A stretch of DNA of 64,000 nucleotides from Mobula hypostoma (Eukaryota): positions 108,688,001 to 108,752,000 of the forward strand of contig NC_086108.1 in the NCBI RefSeq assembly GCF_963921235.1, written 5' to 3'. The notes under the pieces are model-generated. The model did no database searches. It was given only the letters and a program-made list of their open reading frames with translations, and was not told the DNA's origin. The position numbers and the translations under genes were made by a program. Position 1 is the first letter of the stretch, and each line of letters begins with the position of its first letter. Below are positions 10,570 through 23,570 of the stretch, in pieces.

Positions 10570-11345
10570 CTCCTAGGAAGGAGATGAGGAGGAGCTGCTT
10601 TTCCCAGAGAATCTGTGGAATTTTCTGTCCAAAGAAACAGTAGAAGCTACCTCATTAAATGCGTCTAAGTCACAGTTAGATCTTTGCATACAAGAGGTTA
10701 TGTTGCAACTTTATAAAACTCAGGTTAGGCCACATCTGGAGTACTGCATGCAGTTCTGGTTGCCCCACTATGGGAAGGATGTCGGGGCTTTGTAGAGGGT
10801 GCGGAAGAGGTTTACCAGGATGCTGCCTGGATTAGAGGACATAGTTATCATGAGATGCTGGACAAACTTGGGTTGCTTTCTTTAGAACACTGGAGGCCGA
10901 GGGGGAGATCAAATAGAGGTTTATAAGATTGTGTGAGGCATAGATGGAGTTAGGTTGCGAGTATCTTTTTTTTCCCAGGGTAGAAATGTCTAATACCAGA
11001 GGGCATGCATTAAAAGCGAGAGGGAGTAGATTCAAAGGGGAAGTGAGGGGTAAGTTTTTCACTCAGATGTTTGATGAACTCATGGATGATCCACTCATGG
11101 ATGTTTGATATGGTGGTAGACGCAAATATATTAGAGGCTTTCAAAAGACATTTAGATAGGCACATGAATGCGAGGAAGATGGAGGGAGATGGTCTTTGTG
11201 TCGGTAGGAGGGATTTGTGTTTGGGTGTTTTTGATTTACTTTTTAGTTGGTTCAGCACAACATTGTGGGCCGAATGGCCTGTTTCTGTGTTGTACTAAAG
11301 GAATGAAGGGTTATCTGAAAAAGGCAGGTAGGTGGTGCAAGAGCC
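10570..11345 (+). mobile_element. CR1 3' fragments (nested/composite)
   Basis: AGGCCACATCTGGAGTACTGCATGCAGTTCTGG and CR1 3' UTR ending near 11297. Confidence 0.85.
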
Positions 11346-11729
11346 ATGATGACCCAACTGGGAGATCGTGAGTTTATCTTTTAACGTATGGGATATCCAT
11401 TGAAGAGTCTTAAAACAGCGGGATAAGGGTTCTCCTTGAATCTGGTGGTGTGTGTTCTTAAGTTTTTCCATCTTCTGCCTGAGGGGAGGGGGGAGAAGAG
11501 AGAATTTCTGGGGTGAGAGGGGACCTAAAATATGTTGGCTGCTTTCCAGTCATAGAGGGTGGCTGGTTTTTGTGATGGACTGGACTGTGTCCACAACTCT
11601 CTACAATGTCTTAGGGTCTTGGGCCGACCAGTTGCCATACCAAGCCATGGTACACCTGGAAAGGATGTATTCTTTGTAAAAATTGGTGGGCGTCATTGGG
11701 GATATAGTGACTATCCTTAGCCTTAGACC

Positions 11730-13160
11730 ATAATACCTTATGCAGAATCAGGCCATTTGGCCCATCGAGTCTGCTCCACCATTTCATCATGGCTGATCCA
11801 TTTTCCCTCATAGCCCAATCTCCTGCCTTCTCCCTGTATCCCTTCATGCTCTGACCAATCAAGAATCTATCAACTTCTGCCTTAAATATGCATTAAGACT
11901 TGGGCTATGCAGCACCTGACCACTGACTCAACCTGCAAATTAACCTTTAGGGAATTCTGCACAAGGGCTCCCAAGTCTCTTTGTGCCTCAGGTTTTTAAA
12001 TTTTCTCTTCAATTAGAAAATAGTCTACCCTTTTATTTCTTCTACCAAAGTGCCTTCTGAGACAGTAGTGGTGCTAGTGTGTTTTCTTGGCCATAGTGTC
12101 TACTTTGTTGATTCAGGGTAGGCTGTTGGTCATATATACACTTGAGAACAAACATCTCTACCCCAGCACCATTGATACAAAGACCTGCCTGTACACCCTC
12201 TTGCTTCCTGCAATGTTGATATAGTTCAACAGCACTTCATTGCTATGTCATCCTGAACTGAATAGCTATTTACTCTTTTATTCCCCTAGTATAAGACCTG
12301 GATAGAGTGGATGTGCAGAAAATGTTTCCTACAGTGGGTTAGCCTAGGACCAGAGGGCACAGCCTCAGAATGGAGGAACATCCACTTTGAATAGAGATGA
12401 AGAGGAATTTCTGTCACCAAATGGTGGTCATTCAGTATATTTTAAATGGAGTTTGATAGGTTCTTGATTAGTCAAGGGTCAAAGGTTACAGGGAGAAGGC
12501 AGGACCATGGGGTTTAGAGGGATAAGGAAGTGGTGAGGAAGCCAAATGCAATGTTAGCATTCATTTTGAGAGGACTAAAACACAAGAACAATGATGTAAT
12601 GCTCAGGCTTTATAAGGCATTGATGAGACTTCACTTGGACTATTGTGAGCAGTTTTGGGTCCCTTATCTAAAAAAAGATGTGCTGGCATTGGAGAGGGTT
12701 CAAAGGAGGTTCACAAGAATGATCCCAGGAATGAAAGGGAATGTTTGATGGCTCTGCGAATGTAATCATTGGAGTTTAGAAGAATGAGGGTGATCGCATT
12801 AAAATATTAAAAGTTCTGGTTAAAGTGGAATTGGAAAGGATGCTTCCTGTAAAGGGGGAGTCTAGAACCAGAGGACACAAATTCAGAATTGAAGGACATT
12901 CACTTAGAACAGAGGTGAGGAAAAATGTCTTTAGTCAGAGGGTGATGAGTCTGTCGAATTCGTTGACACAGACGGCTGTGGAGACCAAGTCATTGGGTAT
13001 ATTTAAGGTGGAGGTGGATAAGATCTTGATTAATCAGGGCATCAAAGGCTACGGAGAGAAGGCAGGAGAATGGGATTGAAGGGATAATAAATGAGCCTTA
13101 ATGGTGAAGCAGACTCGATGAGCTGAATGGCTTCATTCTGCTTCTATGTCCTATGGTCCA
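11730..13160. mobile_element. Cluster of CR1 3' fragments (minus 11730-12055; plus 12290-13160)
   Basis: ORFs 12530-12748 (MLRLYKALMRLHLDYCEQFW) and 12825-13079 (ESRTRGH..FSQRV). Confidence 0.8.
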
Positions 13161-13164
13161 AGAA

Positions 13165-13660
13165 GCAAATTTCAAAGTAAATTTTTATCAACGTACGTAT
13201 ATGGCATTGTATACCATTGTGAGATACATTTTCTTCTGGGCATTCACAGTAAATACAAGAGACATGATATTATCAGTGAAAGACTGCAACTAACAGGACA
13301 AATAAACAATGACTGTAAAAGACAACAAACAATGCAATTTTAAAAAGAAAGAAAAAAGAAATCATAATAATAACAATAATAATAAATAACTAAACAATTT
13401 TTTATCAAGGGCATGAGATGAAGAGTCCTTGAAAGTGAGTCTAGTTCAGTGTGAACAGTTCAATGATGGGGTGAGTGAAGTTACCCCCTCAGCTTCAGGA
13501 GCCTGATGGCTGAGGGGTAATAACTGTTCCTGAACCTGGAGGTGTGGGACCTTCTTCCTGATGGCAGCAGCGAGATGAGAGCGTGTCCTGGATGGTGGGA
13601 GTCCTTGATAATGGATGCTGCTTTTCCGCAACAACGCTCCACATGGATGTGCTCAACCAG
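13165..13660 (-). mobile_element. Rex1/Babar-like LINE 3' fragment
   Basis: KAASIIKDSHHPGHALISLLPSGRRS..SRFRNSYYPSAIRLL in ORF 13481-13816(-), followed by an AT-rich 3' UTR. Confidence 0.75.
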
Positions 13661-14274
13661 TGTAAAGAAGAGAAGATCACAGGAGTCCAGTACAAGTGAG
13701 CAGTTCGGCAAATTGCTGATTAATTTCATGTAGTTTCTATCATGTAGTTTTAAATTTAATCCAGCAAACAGCTGATATTGAATAAGAACAAACTCGGGGA
13801 TATACTTGTTGCTCATAATAGTGAATGATATATAGTCTTTGACGTACTGCTTACTCTAGCAATCCCCAGGGAGACTTGGGGAAAGTGGAGCAAATACCAC
13901 ATGACAAACTCCAGTAGTACTTAATTCATTACTTTCTCAAAATTAATGTTTAGTGAAGACTAATAAAATCAACACGATAAAGACTAGCCCACTAATTAAA
14001 TCAAATCAGCAGAGATTTTTCCTTTCTGAAGTGAACACTTTGAGATGATAGTACGTTTCTGTGACAGTCTGTTCAAAATAATTAATAGACTTACCTTGTT
14101 ATGAATTATTAACATTTACTACTACATTTTTAGCAACCTTTTCAAAGATTGCCTTTGTTTCTAGGAAGAACTATGACCCTGAGATTTTCACCTGATCAAA
14201 GAGCAAAAGCATAATCCCATAGGAATATGTCACCATTTGGTTGTATTAGAATGTACAAATGTGGGTGGTATATG

Positions 14275-14855
14275 ACCACGAGAGTGCGAATGAGTTGCCA
14301 GGATAAGTGGTGTACGTGAGCTGAATTTGAATGTTTAAGAGAAGTTTGGAAAGACACATGGACAGAAGGGGTATGGAGGGCTATGGTCTTGGTACAGGTC
14401 GATGGGAATATGCTGTTTAAATGATTCAGCATGGAGTTATACTTCATTATAACTCTATGGCATAGGAGCAGAATTAAGACATTCCACCCATCAACTCCAC
14501 TCCGCCATTCCATCATGACTGACTTATTATCCCTCTTAACCCCATTCTTCTGGCTTTTCCCCGTAACTTTTGATTGCTTTACAATCAAGAACCTATCAAC
14601 CTTTACTTTAAATATACGTAGTGAATTGGTCTGTACAGTGGTCTGTGACAAAAAATTCCACAGATTCGCCACTAACTAGCTAAAGAAATTCCTCCTCATC
14701 TCTGTTCTAAAGGGACATCCCATTATCCTCTGGTCCTAGACTCTCTCACTATCGGAAACATCCTCTCCACATCCACTCTATCTAAGTCTTAAAATATTCA
14801 TTAGGTTTCAATGAGATCCCCCTCATTCTTCTAAACTCCAGAGAGTATAGGCCCA
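14275..14855. mobile_element. Two tail-to-tail CR1 3' fragments
   Basis: Plus-strand CR1 3' end 14275-14435; minus-strand CR1 3' end 14455-14855. Confidence 0.75.
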
Positions 14856-15296
14856 AATTCATGTCAATATCTTGGAAGCTGAGCAAGAAATCCATGAAGT
14901 AAAAAAGAAAACTTTGAGAAAGGTCAATTTTGAGAGAAACTCGAGAAGAAAGAGTGGAGTTAGTACTACACAACTTTGATAATTGGTTAGGGAAACTGTA
15001 ATTTTGGTGGACTGGTGGGAGCTAAATGTAATGCCTATATTTAACTAGGGGATCTGAGCATGTGCAGGGAATTGTAAACCATTTAGTTTAACAGAAGTGG
15101 AGGAAAAATGATACAAAAATTTTAAAAAATCTACAAATAAAGTAAGTTAGTAAATTAAACAGATTAGGAACAGGCCATTCAGCCAAACTTACCCATGCCA
15201 GCCAAGTTGTCTATCAATCCAAGTTCCATTTTCCTACATTTGCCCGTATCCCTCTAAAACAACATACCTGTCTTTTAAACATTTGTAATATCTTTT

Positions 15297-15912
15297 AAAC
15301 ATAGAAACATAGAAACATAGAAAATAGGTGCAGGAGTAGGCCATTCGGCCCTTTGAGCCTGCACCGCCATTTATTATGATCATGGCTGATCATCCAACTC
15401 AGAACCCAGCCTTCCCTCCATACCCCCTGACCCCTGTAGCCACAAGGGCCATATCTAACTTCCTTTTAAACATAGCTAATGAACTGGCCTCAACAGTTTG
15501 CTGTGGCAGAGAATTCCACAGATTCACCACTCTCTGTGTGAAGAAGTTTTTCCTAACCTCGGTCCTAAAAGGCTTCCCCTCTATCCTCAAACTGTGACCC
15601 CTCGTTCTAGACCTCCCCAACATCGGGAACAATCTTCCCGCATCTAGCCTGTCCAATCCCTTTAGGATCTTATCAGATCAGATCCCCCCTCAATCTTCTA
15701 AATTCCAACGAGTACAAGCCCAGTTCATCCAGTCTTTCTTCATATGAAAGACCTGCCATCCCAGGAATCAATCTGGTGAACCTTCTTTGTACTCCCTCTA
15801 TGGCAAAGATGTCTTTCCTCAGATTAGGGGACCAAAACTGCACACAATACTCCAGGTGTGGTCTCACCAAGGCCTTGTACAACTGCAGTAGTACCTCCCT
15901 GCTCCTGTACTC
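15297..15912 (-). mobile_element. CR1 3' fragment, young, inside an older CR1 fragment
   Basis: ORFs 15673-15954 and 15399-15656; (AACATAGA)n tail at 15297-15323. Confidence 0.9.
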
Positions 15913-16859
15913 TACCACTTTGTCCAGCTGCTCATTGCACATACCCACCAACATCTCTATGTGAAGAATTTATGCTTCAAACCCCTTTCAAATCTATACC
16001 CTCTCAACTTAAACCTATGTCCTTGGGTTTTTGACTGAAAAAACTAAGATAAAAAAAAAGCATAACTTTTGTCGTTCCACATATTATACACAAGAGAAAG
16101 TCTTGCTTGAACATAATTGAAAACTTGAGGAATAGAAGCAGAAGTAGCCTTCTGGTGTTCAATACAGTCATTCCTTCAGTTCTAAACAACAATATATATG
16201 GTAGGGTTGAGCTGTTCTCTGATCTTAATGGCAATTATTTAAGCCACTACATGCAAGAGGGAATACTTTTGATACGACTGGAGGAAATTACAGATATAAC
16301 GTCAGAGGTAGGTTTTATACACAGAGGCTGGTAAGGGTATGGAATGTACTGCCAAGGGTGGTGGTGGAGGAAGATACAAAAGGGAGATTTAAGGCAGGCA
16401 TATGGATGAAAGAAAAATGGAGGGTTAAGTGGGAGGAAAGGGTTAGATTGATCTTAATGTAGGTTAAAAGGCTGGCACAACATCATGGACTGAAGGGCCT
16501 GTACTGTGCCTTTATCTGTCACATACATCGAAACATCCAGTGAAATGGTTGTTTGCATCAATGGTCAAGGATGTGGCGGGGGCAGCCCGCAAGCAACGTA
16601 GCATCCTCACAACTTCCTAATCCTCACTACCCTGTACGTTTTTGGAATTTGGGAATAAGCTGAAGCACTTAGAGGAAACCCATGTGGTCATGGGGAGAAA
16701 GAATAAACTCCTAACACACAGCAGCAGGAACTGAACCACAATCCCTGGCACTGCAAGCATTATGCCAGCTGCAGCTCGACCGTACTGCCCAGTTCAATTC
16801 AATATTCAAGGGAGCACTTAAAACAAAACTGATTCGTTGCTTAGAAGGCTGGTAACGAG

Positions 16860-17880
16860 AAGGCAGGTATTTCATTAGGAATTTGAGGAGATTTGGTATG
16901 TCACCAAGGACTCCCAGGGATTCTAGCAATTTCTATAGATGTATCAGGGAGAGCATTCTATCTCATTGAATCACTGTCTAGTATGGAGGGATCATTGCAC
17001 AGGATCGGAAAACCCTAAAGCCGGTTTCACACTCAGCCAGCTCCATCGTGGGCACTAGCCTCCCTGACATCAAGGACATCTTTACAAGACAATGCTTCAA
17101 AAAGGTGGCATCCATCATTAAAGACCCACATCACACAGAATGTACTGTCTTCTTATTACTACCACTAGGGAGGAACTACAGGAGCCTAAAGACACACACT
17201 CAACAATTTACCAGCAGCTTTTCTTCTCTGCCATCAGATTTCTGAATGGACAATGAATTAACCTATGAATACTACATTACTATATATTTCCAAACCAATG
17301 GCATAAATATCAATTTCTCTTCAGTGAAAACAAAATCCAACCTTCTCCCCTCTTCTTCTGCTCCCCACTCTGGCCTCTTACTGCTTCTCACCTGCCGATC
17401 AGCACCCCTTGGGTTCCCTCCTCCTTCCCTTTTTCCTAGGGTCCACTCTCCTCCCCGATCAGATTCCTTCTTCTCCGGCCCTTTACGTTTCCCACCTGTC
17501 TGGCTTCACCTATCACCTTTTAGCTATCCCCCTTCCCCTTCTCCCACCTTTTTATTCTGGCTTTTCCCCCTTCCTTTCCAGTCCCGAAGAAGGATCTCAG
17601 CCTGAAACATTGACTCTTTATTCATTTCCATAGATGCTGCCTGACCTGCTGAGCTCCTGCGGCGTTTTGTGTCTTGCTTTCAATTTCCAGTATCTGCAGA
17701 ATTTTCCATATTTATGATCTCACTATTTTTGTTCTCTTTTTGCACTGCTGGTTTAATTTTTTATATATATACAGTATATATTTCTCATTGTAATTATATT
17801 ATTTTTATTTATTCCACTGTACTGCTGCCACAGAACAACAGAGTTTATAACATATGTCAGTGATAATAAACCTGATTCTG
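16860..17880 (+). mobile_element. Rex1/Babar-like 3' fragment interrupted by a Penelope terminal fragment (about 17290-17715)
   Basis: KKVASIIKDPHH..LLPLGRNYRSLKTHT; TCACTAT-type 3' UTR resumes near 17718 and ends in (CTGATT)n; Penelope end with decayed hammerhead at 17580-17615. Confidence 0.75.
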
Positions 17881-18439
17881 ATTTTGATTTGAGGTAACTG
17901 GTAAAGGGAAGTCTGTGGGGTTGAAATGTATTGCTTTTAACCAACAAGATAGGATCTGAAATGTGCTCTCTGTCAGGACAGAAAAAAGAAAATATTTTCA
18001 ACAAGAGTTTTCAAAAATGTTCTGGCTTGATGTAAAGAAATATCTAGCAAACTGGCAGATAGAGAATTGAAGAGGGCCTCTCTTGTGGAATGGCCAACAT
18101 AGGCCATGTGGTTTTCTTCTTCAATCACTTTATGATTCCAGACTCAAGACCCAGCTGTCAATTTTATCCTTAAAGCCAAGTGCCACCTCCTTGAAGATCT
18201 TTCCTATTAAGATGAATAAACATATTCTTTCACACAGGGCAGATTGATATTTAACAAGCACTCAATATAAAACAAAACCAAGCCACCTGCAGTCTTACTT
18301 TAACTGCAATCAGACCCTGTCAGCATAACATTTCCTCAGTATTCAGAATGGGTTCAAATGATGTTCATCGCATTGAGTTATAAGAATTCTGAAACATCTT
18401 GCAACATGGAAGGAGGTGATTTGACTCGTCACATCTGTA

Positions 18440-18752
18440 AAATTTAAAGGCATCCGTTAGTCTTGTGAGACCATGAATCTGTGCCTGGAAAGTCTTCACT
18501 CTCCAGGGCGCAGGCCTGGGCAAGGTTGTATGGAAGACCAGCAGTTGCCCATGCTGCAAGTCTCCCCTCTCCACGACACCAAAGTTGTCCAAGGGAAGGG
18601 CATTAGGACCCATACAGCTTGGCACCAGTGTTGTCGCAGAGCAATGTGTGATTAAGTGCCTTGCTCAAGGACACAACACGTTCCCTCAGCTGGGACTCGA
18701 ACTCACGACCTTCAGGTAGCTAGTCCAATGCCTTAACCACTTGGCCACGTGC
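18440..18752 (-). mobile_element. tRNA-derived CORE-like SINE (copy 1)
   Basis: A box TGGCCAAGTGG, B box GTTCGAGTCC, CORE-like GTGTCCTTGAGCAAGGCACTTAA; direct repeat TCACATCTGTA at 18429-18439 and 18753-18763. Confidence 0.88.
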
Positions 18753-18823
18753 TCACATCTGTATATTCTGCAAAAGAACCACTCAGTTTTATACCACCTT
18801 CTAGCTCTAGATCTGTAGCTATG

Positions 18824-19340
18824 TACACTCAGTGGCCACTTTATTAGCTAATTCCTGTACCTTCTCCATGGATTGTCACCTTGTCGTGGTGGAGAAGCTT
18901 GTGTGGTCCTGTGATCCCGAGAGCAATGCCGTCTGGAGCTATGCTCCTGGTAGGGTCACCCATGGCGGTAAGGTCAAGGGTGAGGTCCCTGACAAAGAAC
19001 AATCCAACCAAGACCTCAACGATGGAACAGGCGGACGAAGTTACTTCGAACTCAACGGCTGTGAAGGCGGATGAAGGCTGCAACAAATCCATCAGCTCCA
19101 ATCATCGTGGTTTCCATGCCATTGGAATCAGTTGGGTGATTTGTGAAGTATCGTGTGCTTCTTGGAGTGCAACATCAAGTACACGTTAAACAAATACACA
19201 CACAGGCGTCTTCACTCTGTGGGCCACTTCTTCAGAACGAAGACCATCATCCTCGACCTCGAGGGATAGTCACGACGACGAAAGTGGCCAGTGAGTGTAT
19301 GTTCATGCTCTTTCGCTGCTGTAGCCCACCTACTTCAACA
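18824..19340 (-). mobile_element. Tc1-like terminal fragment with inverted-repeat pair, split by an insertion
   Basis: TACACTCAGTGGCCACTTT (18824-18842) and AAAGTGGCCAGTGAGTGTA (19281-19299); 19300-19340 matches the reverse complement of about 55542-55580. Confidence 0.75.
18863..19280 (+). mobile_element. Short non-autonomous RTE (Expander/Rex3/Bov-A-like leader) element
   Basis: TCACCTTGTCGTGGTGGAG...CCTGGTAGGGTCACCCATGGC...CTGACAAAG leader; (GAC)n tail; second partial copy at about 49043-49260. Confidence 0.7.
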
Positions 19341-19341
19341 G

Positions 19342-19990
19342 TCAATACAACACTACCAACATACACAGCACAAGGCATATATAGCACATATAAGATAGCA
19401 GTAAAATACAGTTACACAAAAAATATATATAGTCCAAATCCCTGAGTCCATGAATGTTGCGGCAGTCTGCAGTTGAATACAATACAGCTTGTTTTCTGCA
19501 GAGCAAACGCTGGAGGGAGGTAGCACTGACTCCACCATGAACACGAAGCCTCCTGCACTCCAGTGGGGCACCCGACTCCGTCACCTCCCGCTGGGCAACC
19601 ACAAAATGGCAACACCACGGCTTGAGGCTGAGTCCTCTCTACCTCAAAGTCCACGTAGCTCCACCATCATCTGCCCCAGTTGTTCACCAATAATCTAATG
19701 AATTGGACTTGCAGCATTCCACACCTCCAGTGTCCAACAGAGTCTTACGATCACAAGGAAAGCAGCTAAGACAATCACTCACTGTTAAAACTACACACTG
19801 CCTCTGCGCGCTGACTCTGTCTGACGCAGGCAGCAGCATGGTCTGCACCAAGTCCAACTCCTTCAGTTTCTCCACCAGCGAGCAACTCGCTGATGGGTAG
19901 ATCTGCAGTAGTTTAAGTTCTTAATGTCTAGCAGGGTGTGAGATCATAAAAATATGCTTAAAAAGGCAAAAACCCCTTTGGTTGACCACA
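19342..19990 (-). repeat. Unclassified non-coding dispersed repeat
   Basis: Left part resembles the reverse complement of 58790-58870 (GGACTTGGACTAT..TTTT..GTTTT..TAT). Confidence 0.4.
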
Positions 19991-20224
19991 TAGAAACCGT
20001 TACTTTGAGCATATCGTTACCTTTCTGGAAGGCATCCTTGGATTGCATTGGTTGTGAACACAAATTATGTATTTTACTGTATGTTTTGCTGTATACTTAA
20101 TTAATAAATCTGAATCTGAAGTTGAAGGGACAAGGTCCGTGATGAAGTAGACTGAGAGAACAGGAGATTAAAGATGAAAGATTAGCTTTACTTGTCAAGC
20201 GTACATCAAAACATAGAGTGCAAT

Positions 20225-20715
20225 GCATTGGAACACACTCAAAACACTGGAGGAACTCAGCAGGTCAGGCAGCATCTATGGAAAAGAATAAACAGTTGAT
20301 GTTTCAGGCGAGGGTAAAGAATTTGCTAGAAGGTCACAGGCAAAGAAAGAATCTGATAAGATTCCCCACTCTGACTTTTTACCTCTTCTCACCTGCCTAT
20401 CACTTCCACTTGGGTCTCCTCCCCCTTCCCTTTCTGCTGTGGTCCACTCCCCTCTCCTATCAGATTCCTCCTTCTCCAGCCCTTGACCTTAGCCACCCAC
20501 ATAGCTTCACATCACCTTCCAGCAAGCCTCCAACCCTCCCCCCCACCTTTTGATTCTGGTATCTTCCCCCTTCGTTCTCAGTCCTAACGAAGGGCCTCGG
20601 CCTGAAACACTAACTGTTTATTAATTTCCATGCTGGCCGGCCTGCTGAGTTTCTTCAGCTTTTTTGTGCGAGTTGCTCTGGATTTCCAGCAGCTGCAGAC
20701 TTTCTCATGTTTGTA
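20225..20715. mobile_element. Penelope terminal fragments in inverted arrangement
   Basis: Minus arm 20225-20310 (CTGGAGGAACTCAGCAGGTCAGGCAGCATC); plus arm 20360-20715 with decayed hammerhead CTAACGA..GAAAC at 20580-20615. Confidence 0.75.
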
Positions 20716-21713
20716 AGTGAAGCGCATCATTTTGCACTGAATCAAATCAATGAGGTTTGTACTGGGGCAACCTGCAAGCGTCACCATGCTTCCAGCACCA
20801 ACATAACACGCCCACGACCTACATGTCTTTGGAACGTGGGAGGAAATCAGAGCACCCAGAGGAATCCAATGCAGTCACACAAACACCTTACAGGCTGTGG
20901 CAGGAACTGAACTCCGATCCGTGATTGTTGACGCTGTAATAGCATTACACCTACCATTCTGTCCTAGAGTTCATCTGTATTGTATGTGAGGTCTGTTTAA
21001 GAGCCTTATAACAGCTAGATAGAAGCTTTCCTTGAACCTGCTGGTCCATGCTTTCAGGCTTTTATACCCCTAGCCAGATGGAAGTGAGAGGGAGAGCGAC
21101 GAGAAACTATCTGGCGGGCAACTTTATTGGTTGCTTTCCTGAGGCAGTGGGATGTAACTTAATCCTCAGAAAGGCTAAAGCCCTTCTCTTTGTTCCCTGT
21201 AGAAGCCCCTCATCCCCTACTGGTAAATGGCCACTGACCTTAAAGGTGAGCTCCACTTCTCTCTTTACAGATACTGCCTGACTCCCTGGGTATTTGGAGT
21301 ATTTGCTGTTCTTATTTCCTATTCATGTTGCTTCATGGCTTATGCTGATTGAAGTACAGGATTAGGTCCAATGGCAAAAGACCACACACTGTTGATTATG
21401 TTACTGTGACCACTGCTCTTCAAATTACGTTGGTCAAACCCATGCAGAACATGAAATAGCTGAATGGTGTACAGAAAGTTTGAAAGTTGGCATGGTAGGG
21501 ATTTAAAACAGAAACAGCTGTGTCTTTGATCTGTTCATAACACAATGCTTGAGACTGGCTCCAGCTTCACTTAAATTTGGAATGATAGGATCTTGCTACT
21601 TCGTGGCTCTAAATAGTTATTCAAAGAATAGCTTTTGAATTGCAATTCATTTTGTTTGAAAGTGGCAGCAATTTCCTTATGTCTTTAAGAGTCATGGTGG
21701 CCATGGTTGCTTG

Positions 21714-21728
21714 GTTGCCCATGGCAAC
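21714..21728. promoter_or_regulatory. RFX X-box-like palindrome
   Basis: GTTGCCCATGGCAAC resembles the GTTRCC-N-ATGGYAAC form; it lies in a repeat-free island. Confidence 0.4.
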
Positions 21729-21819
21729 ATGATGACTAACTTGTAACTCTTCCATTTAGCTTTATCTGCCCCTTACAAGATAAATGATAGTCAGAAATGT
21801 CAAGCCAGCATGATTCCTG

Positions 21820-23570
21820 TAATTGTAGGGCCATGAGGAGTGCAGCAGAACACAGGGATCTGGGAATTCAGATCCATTATTCCTTGAAAGTGGCATCACA
21901 GGTAGATAGAGTCATAAAGAAAGCTTTTAGCACATTGGCTTTTATTAATCAGGGCATTGAATACAGGAGTTGGGAGGTTATGTTGAAGTTCTATGAGACG
22001 ATGAGGTCGAATTTGGAGTAATTTGTGCAGTTCCGGTACTACCTACCAGATATCAATAAGCTTGAAAGAGTGCAGAGGAAACTTGCAAAGATGTTGTCTG
22101 AATGAGCTGCATGCAAGCGGTGCACGCAAGCTCACTTTCAATGTTTAAGAGAAGTTTGGGTAGGTACATGGATGGTAGGGAATGGAGGGCTATGGTCCCT
22201 GAGCAGTTCGATGGGACTAGGCATATTAAATGGTTCAGCATGGACTAGATGGGCCAAAGAGCCTGCTTCTGTGCTGAACTTTTCTATGACTATGACTTAA
22301 TGGGCTAAGATTTAGGGAAAAGTTGAATGGGTTAGGAGAATGGGAGGAGATCTCACAGAGATGGACAAAATTCTGAGAGGTATAGGCAGGCTTTTCCCAC
22401 TGAGATTGGGTGAGACCGGAATACTAGAGGTCATGGTTTTAGGGTGAAAGGTGAAATATTTAAGGGGAACCTGAGGGTTTTGAGGAACATTCTTCACTGA
22501 GTGTGGTGTGAGTGTAGAACGAGCTGCCAGCTCAAGTCCCTGATGTAGGTTCAATTGTGACGTTCAGGAGCAGTTTGGAGAAGTAACTAGATGGGAAGGA
22601 TATGGAGACTATGGTAAAGGGTGGACAGATTGGGTTATTTTCTCTAGAGCGCTGGAGGCTGAGGGCAGATCTGATTGAACTTTATAAAATAGAATTGTAG
22701 AGATAAGGTAGACAAACAATCTTTTCTAGGGTTGAAATGCTAAGTTCTAGAGGACATATATTTAAGATGAGATGGGGAGGGAGTTTAAAGAAGATACATG
22801 GGGCAAATCTATTACACAGGGAGTGGGAGGGGCCAGATGTAGTGGAGAAAGCAGACATGATACTGGTGTTTAAGAGGCTTTTCGATTATGCATGAATATT
22901 CAGCAAATGGAGGAATGTGGATCGTGACCATAACACGGTAAGATATAAGTCCATAACTGGGCCATTCAACCCATTGAGTCTACTCTATCAATCCATCTTG
23001 GCTGATTTATTATCTCATTCTCCTGCCTTCTCCCCTTAACCTTTGGCACTTTGACTAATCAAGAACCTATCAATCTCTGCTTTAAATATACCCAATGACT
23101 TGCCCTCCACAGCCGTCTGTAGCAATGAATTCCACAGATTCAGCAACCTCTGGCTAAAGAAATTCCTCCTCACCTCTCTTCCAATGGGACATCCCCCTAC
23201 TCTGAGGCTGTGCCCTCTGGTCCTTGACTCTCCGACTATAGGAAACATCCTCTCCATATTCACTCAATCTAGGCCTTTCAATATTCAATAGGTTTCAATG
23301 AGATCCCTTCCAATTCTTCAAAACTCCAGCAAGTACAGGCTCACAGCCATCAAACACACCTTATATGCTAACCCTTTAATTCATGGGATCATTTGTGTGA
23401 ACCTCCTCTGGACCCTCTCCAATGGCAGCATTTCCTTTCTTAGATAAGGGACCCAAAACTGCTCACAAGGCAGAAGAGATTTACAGTAGTTTAATTTGGC
23501 ATTGTGTTTGGCACAGATATTATCAGTCGAAGGCCTGGTCCTGTGCTGCATTTTTCTATGGTATATGTTT
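21820..23570. mobile_element. Cluster of CR1 3' fragments (plus 21820-22925; minus 22930-23468)
   Basis: ORF 21797-22021 (HRDLGIQIHYSLKVASQVDRVIKKAF) and ORF 23036-23263. Confidence 0.8.

Noticed and set aside
14095..14192. Minus-strand exon with a GTAAGT donor
   Set aside because: The frames I checked from both candidate acceptors hit stop codons; no recognisable peptide.
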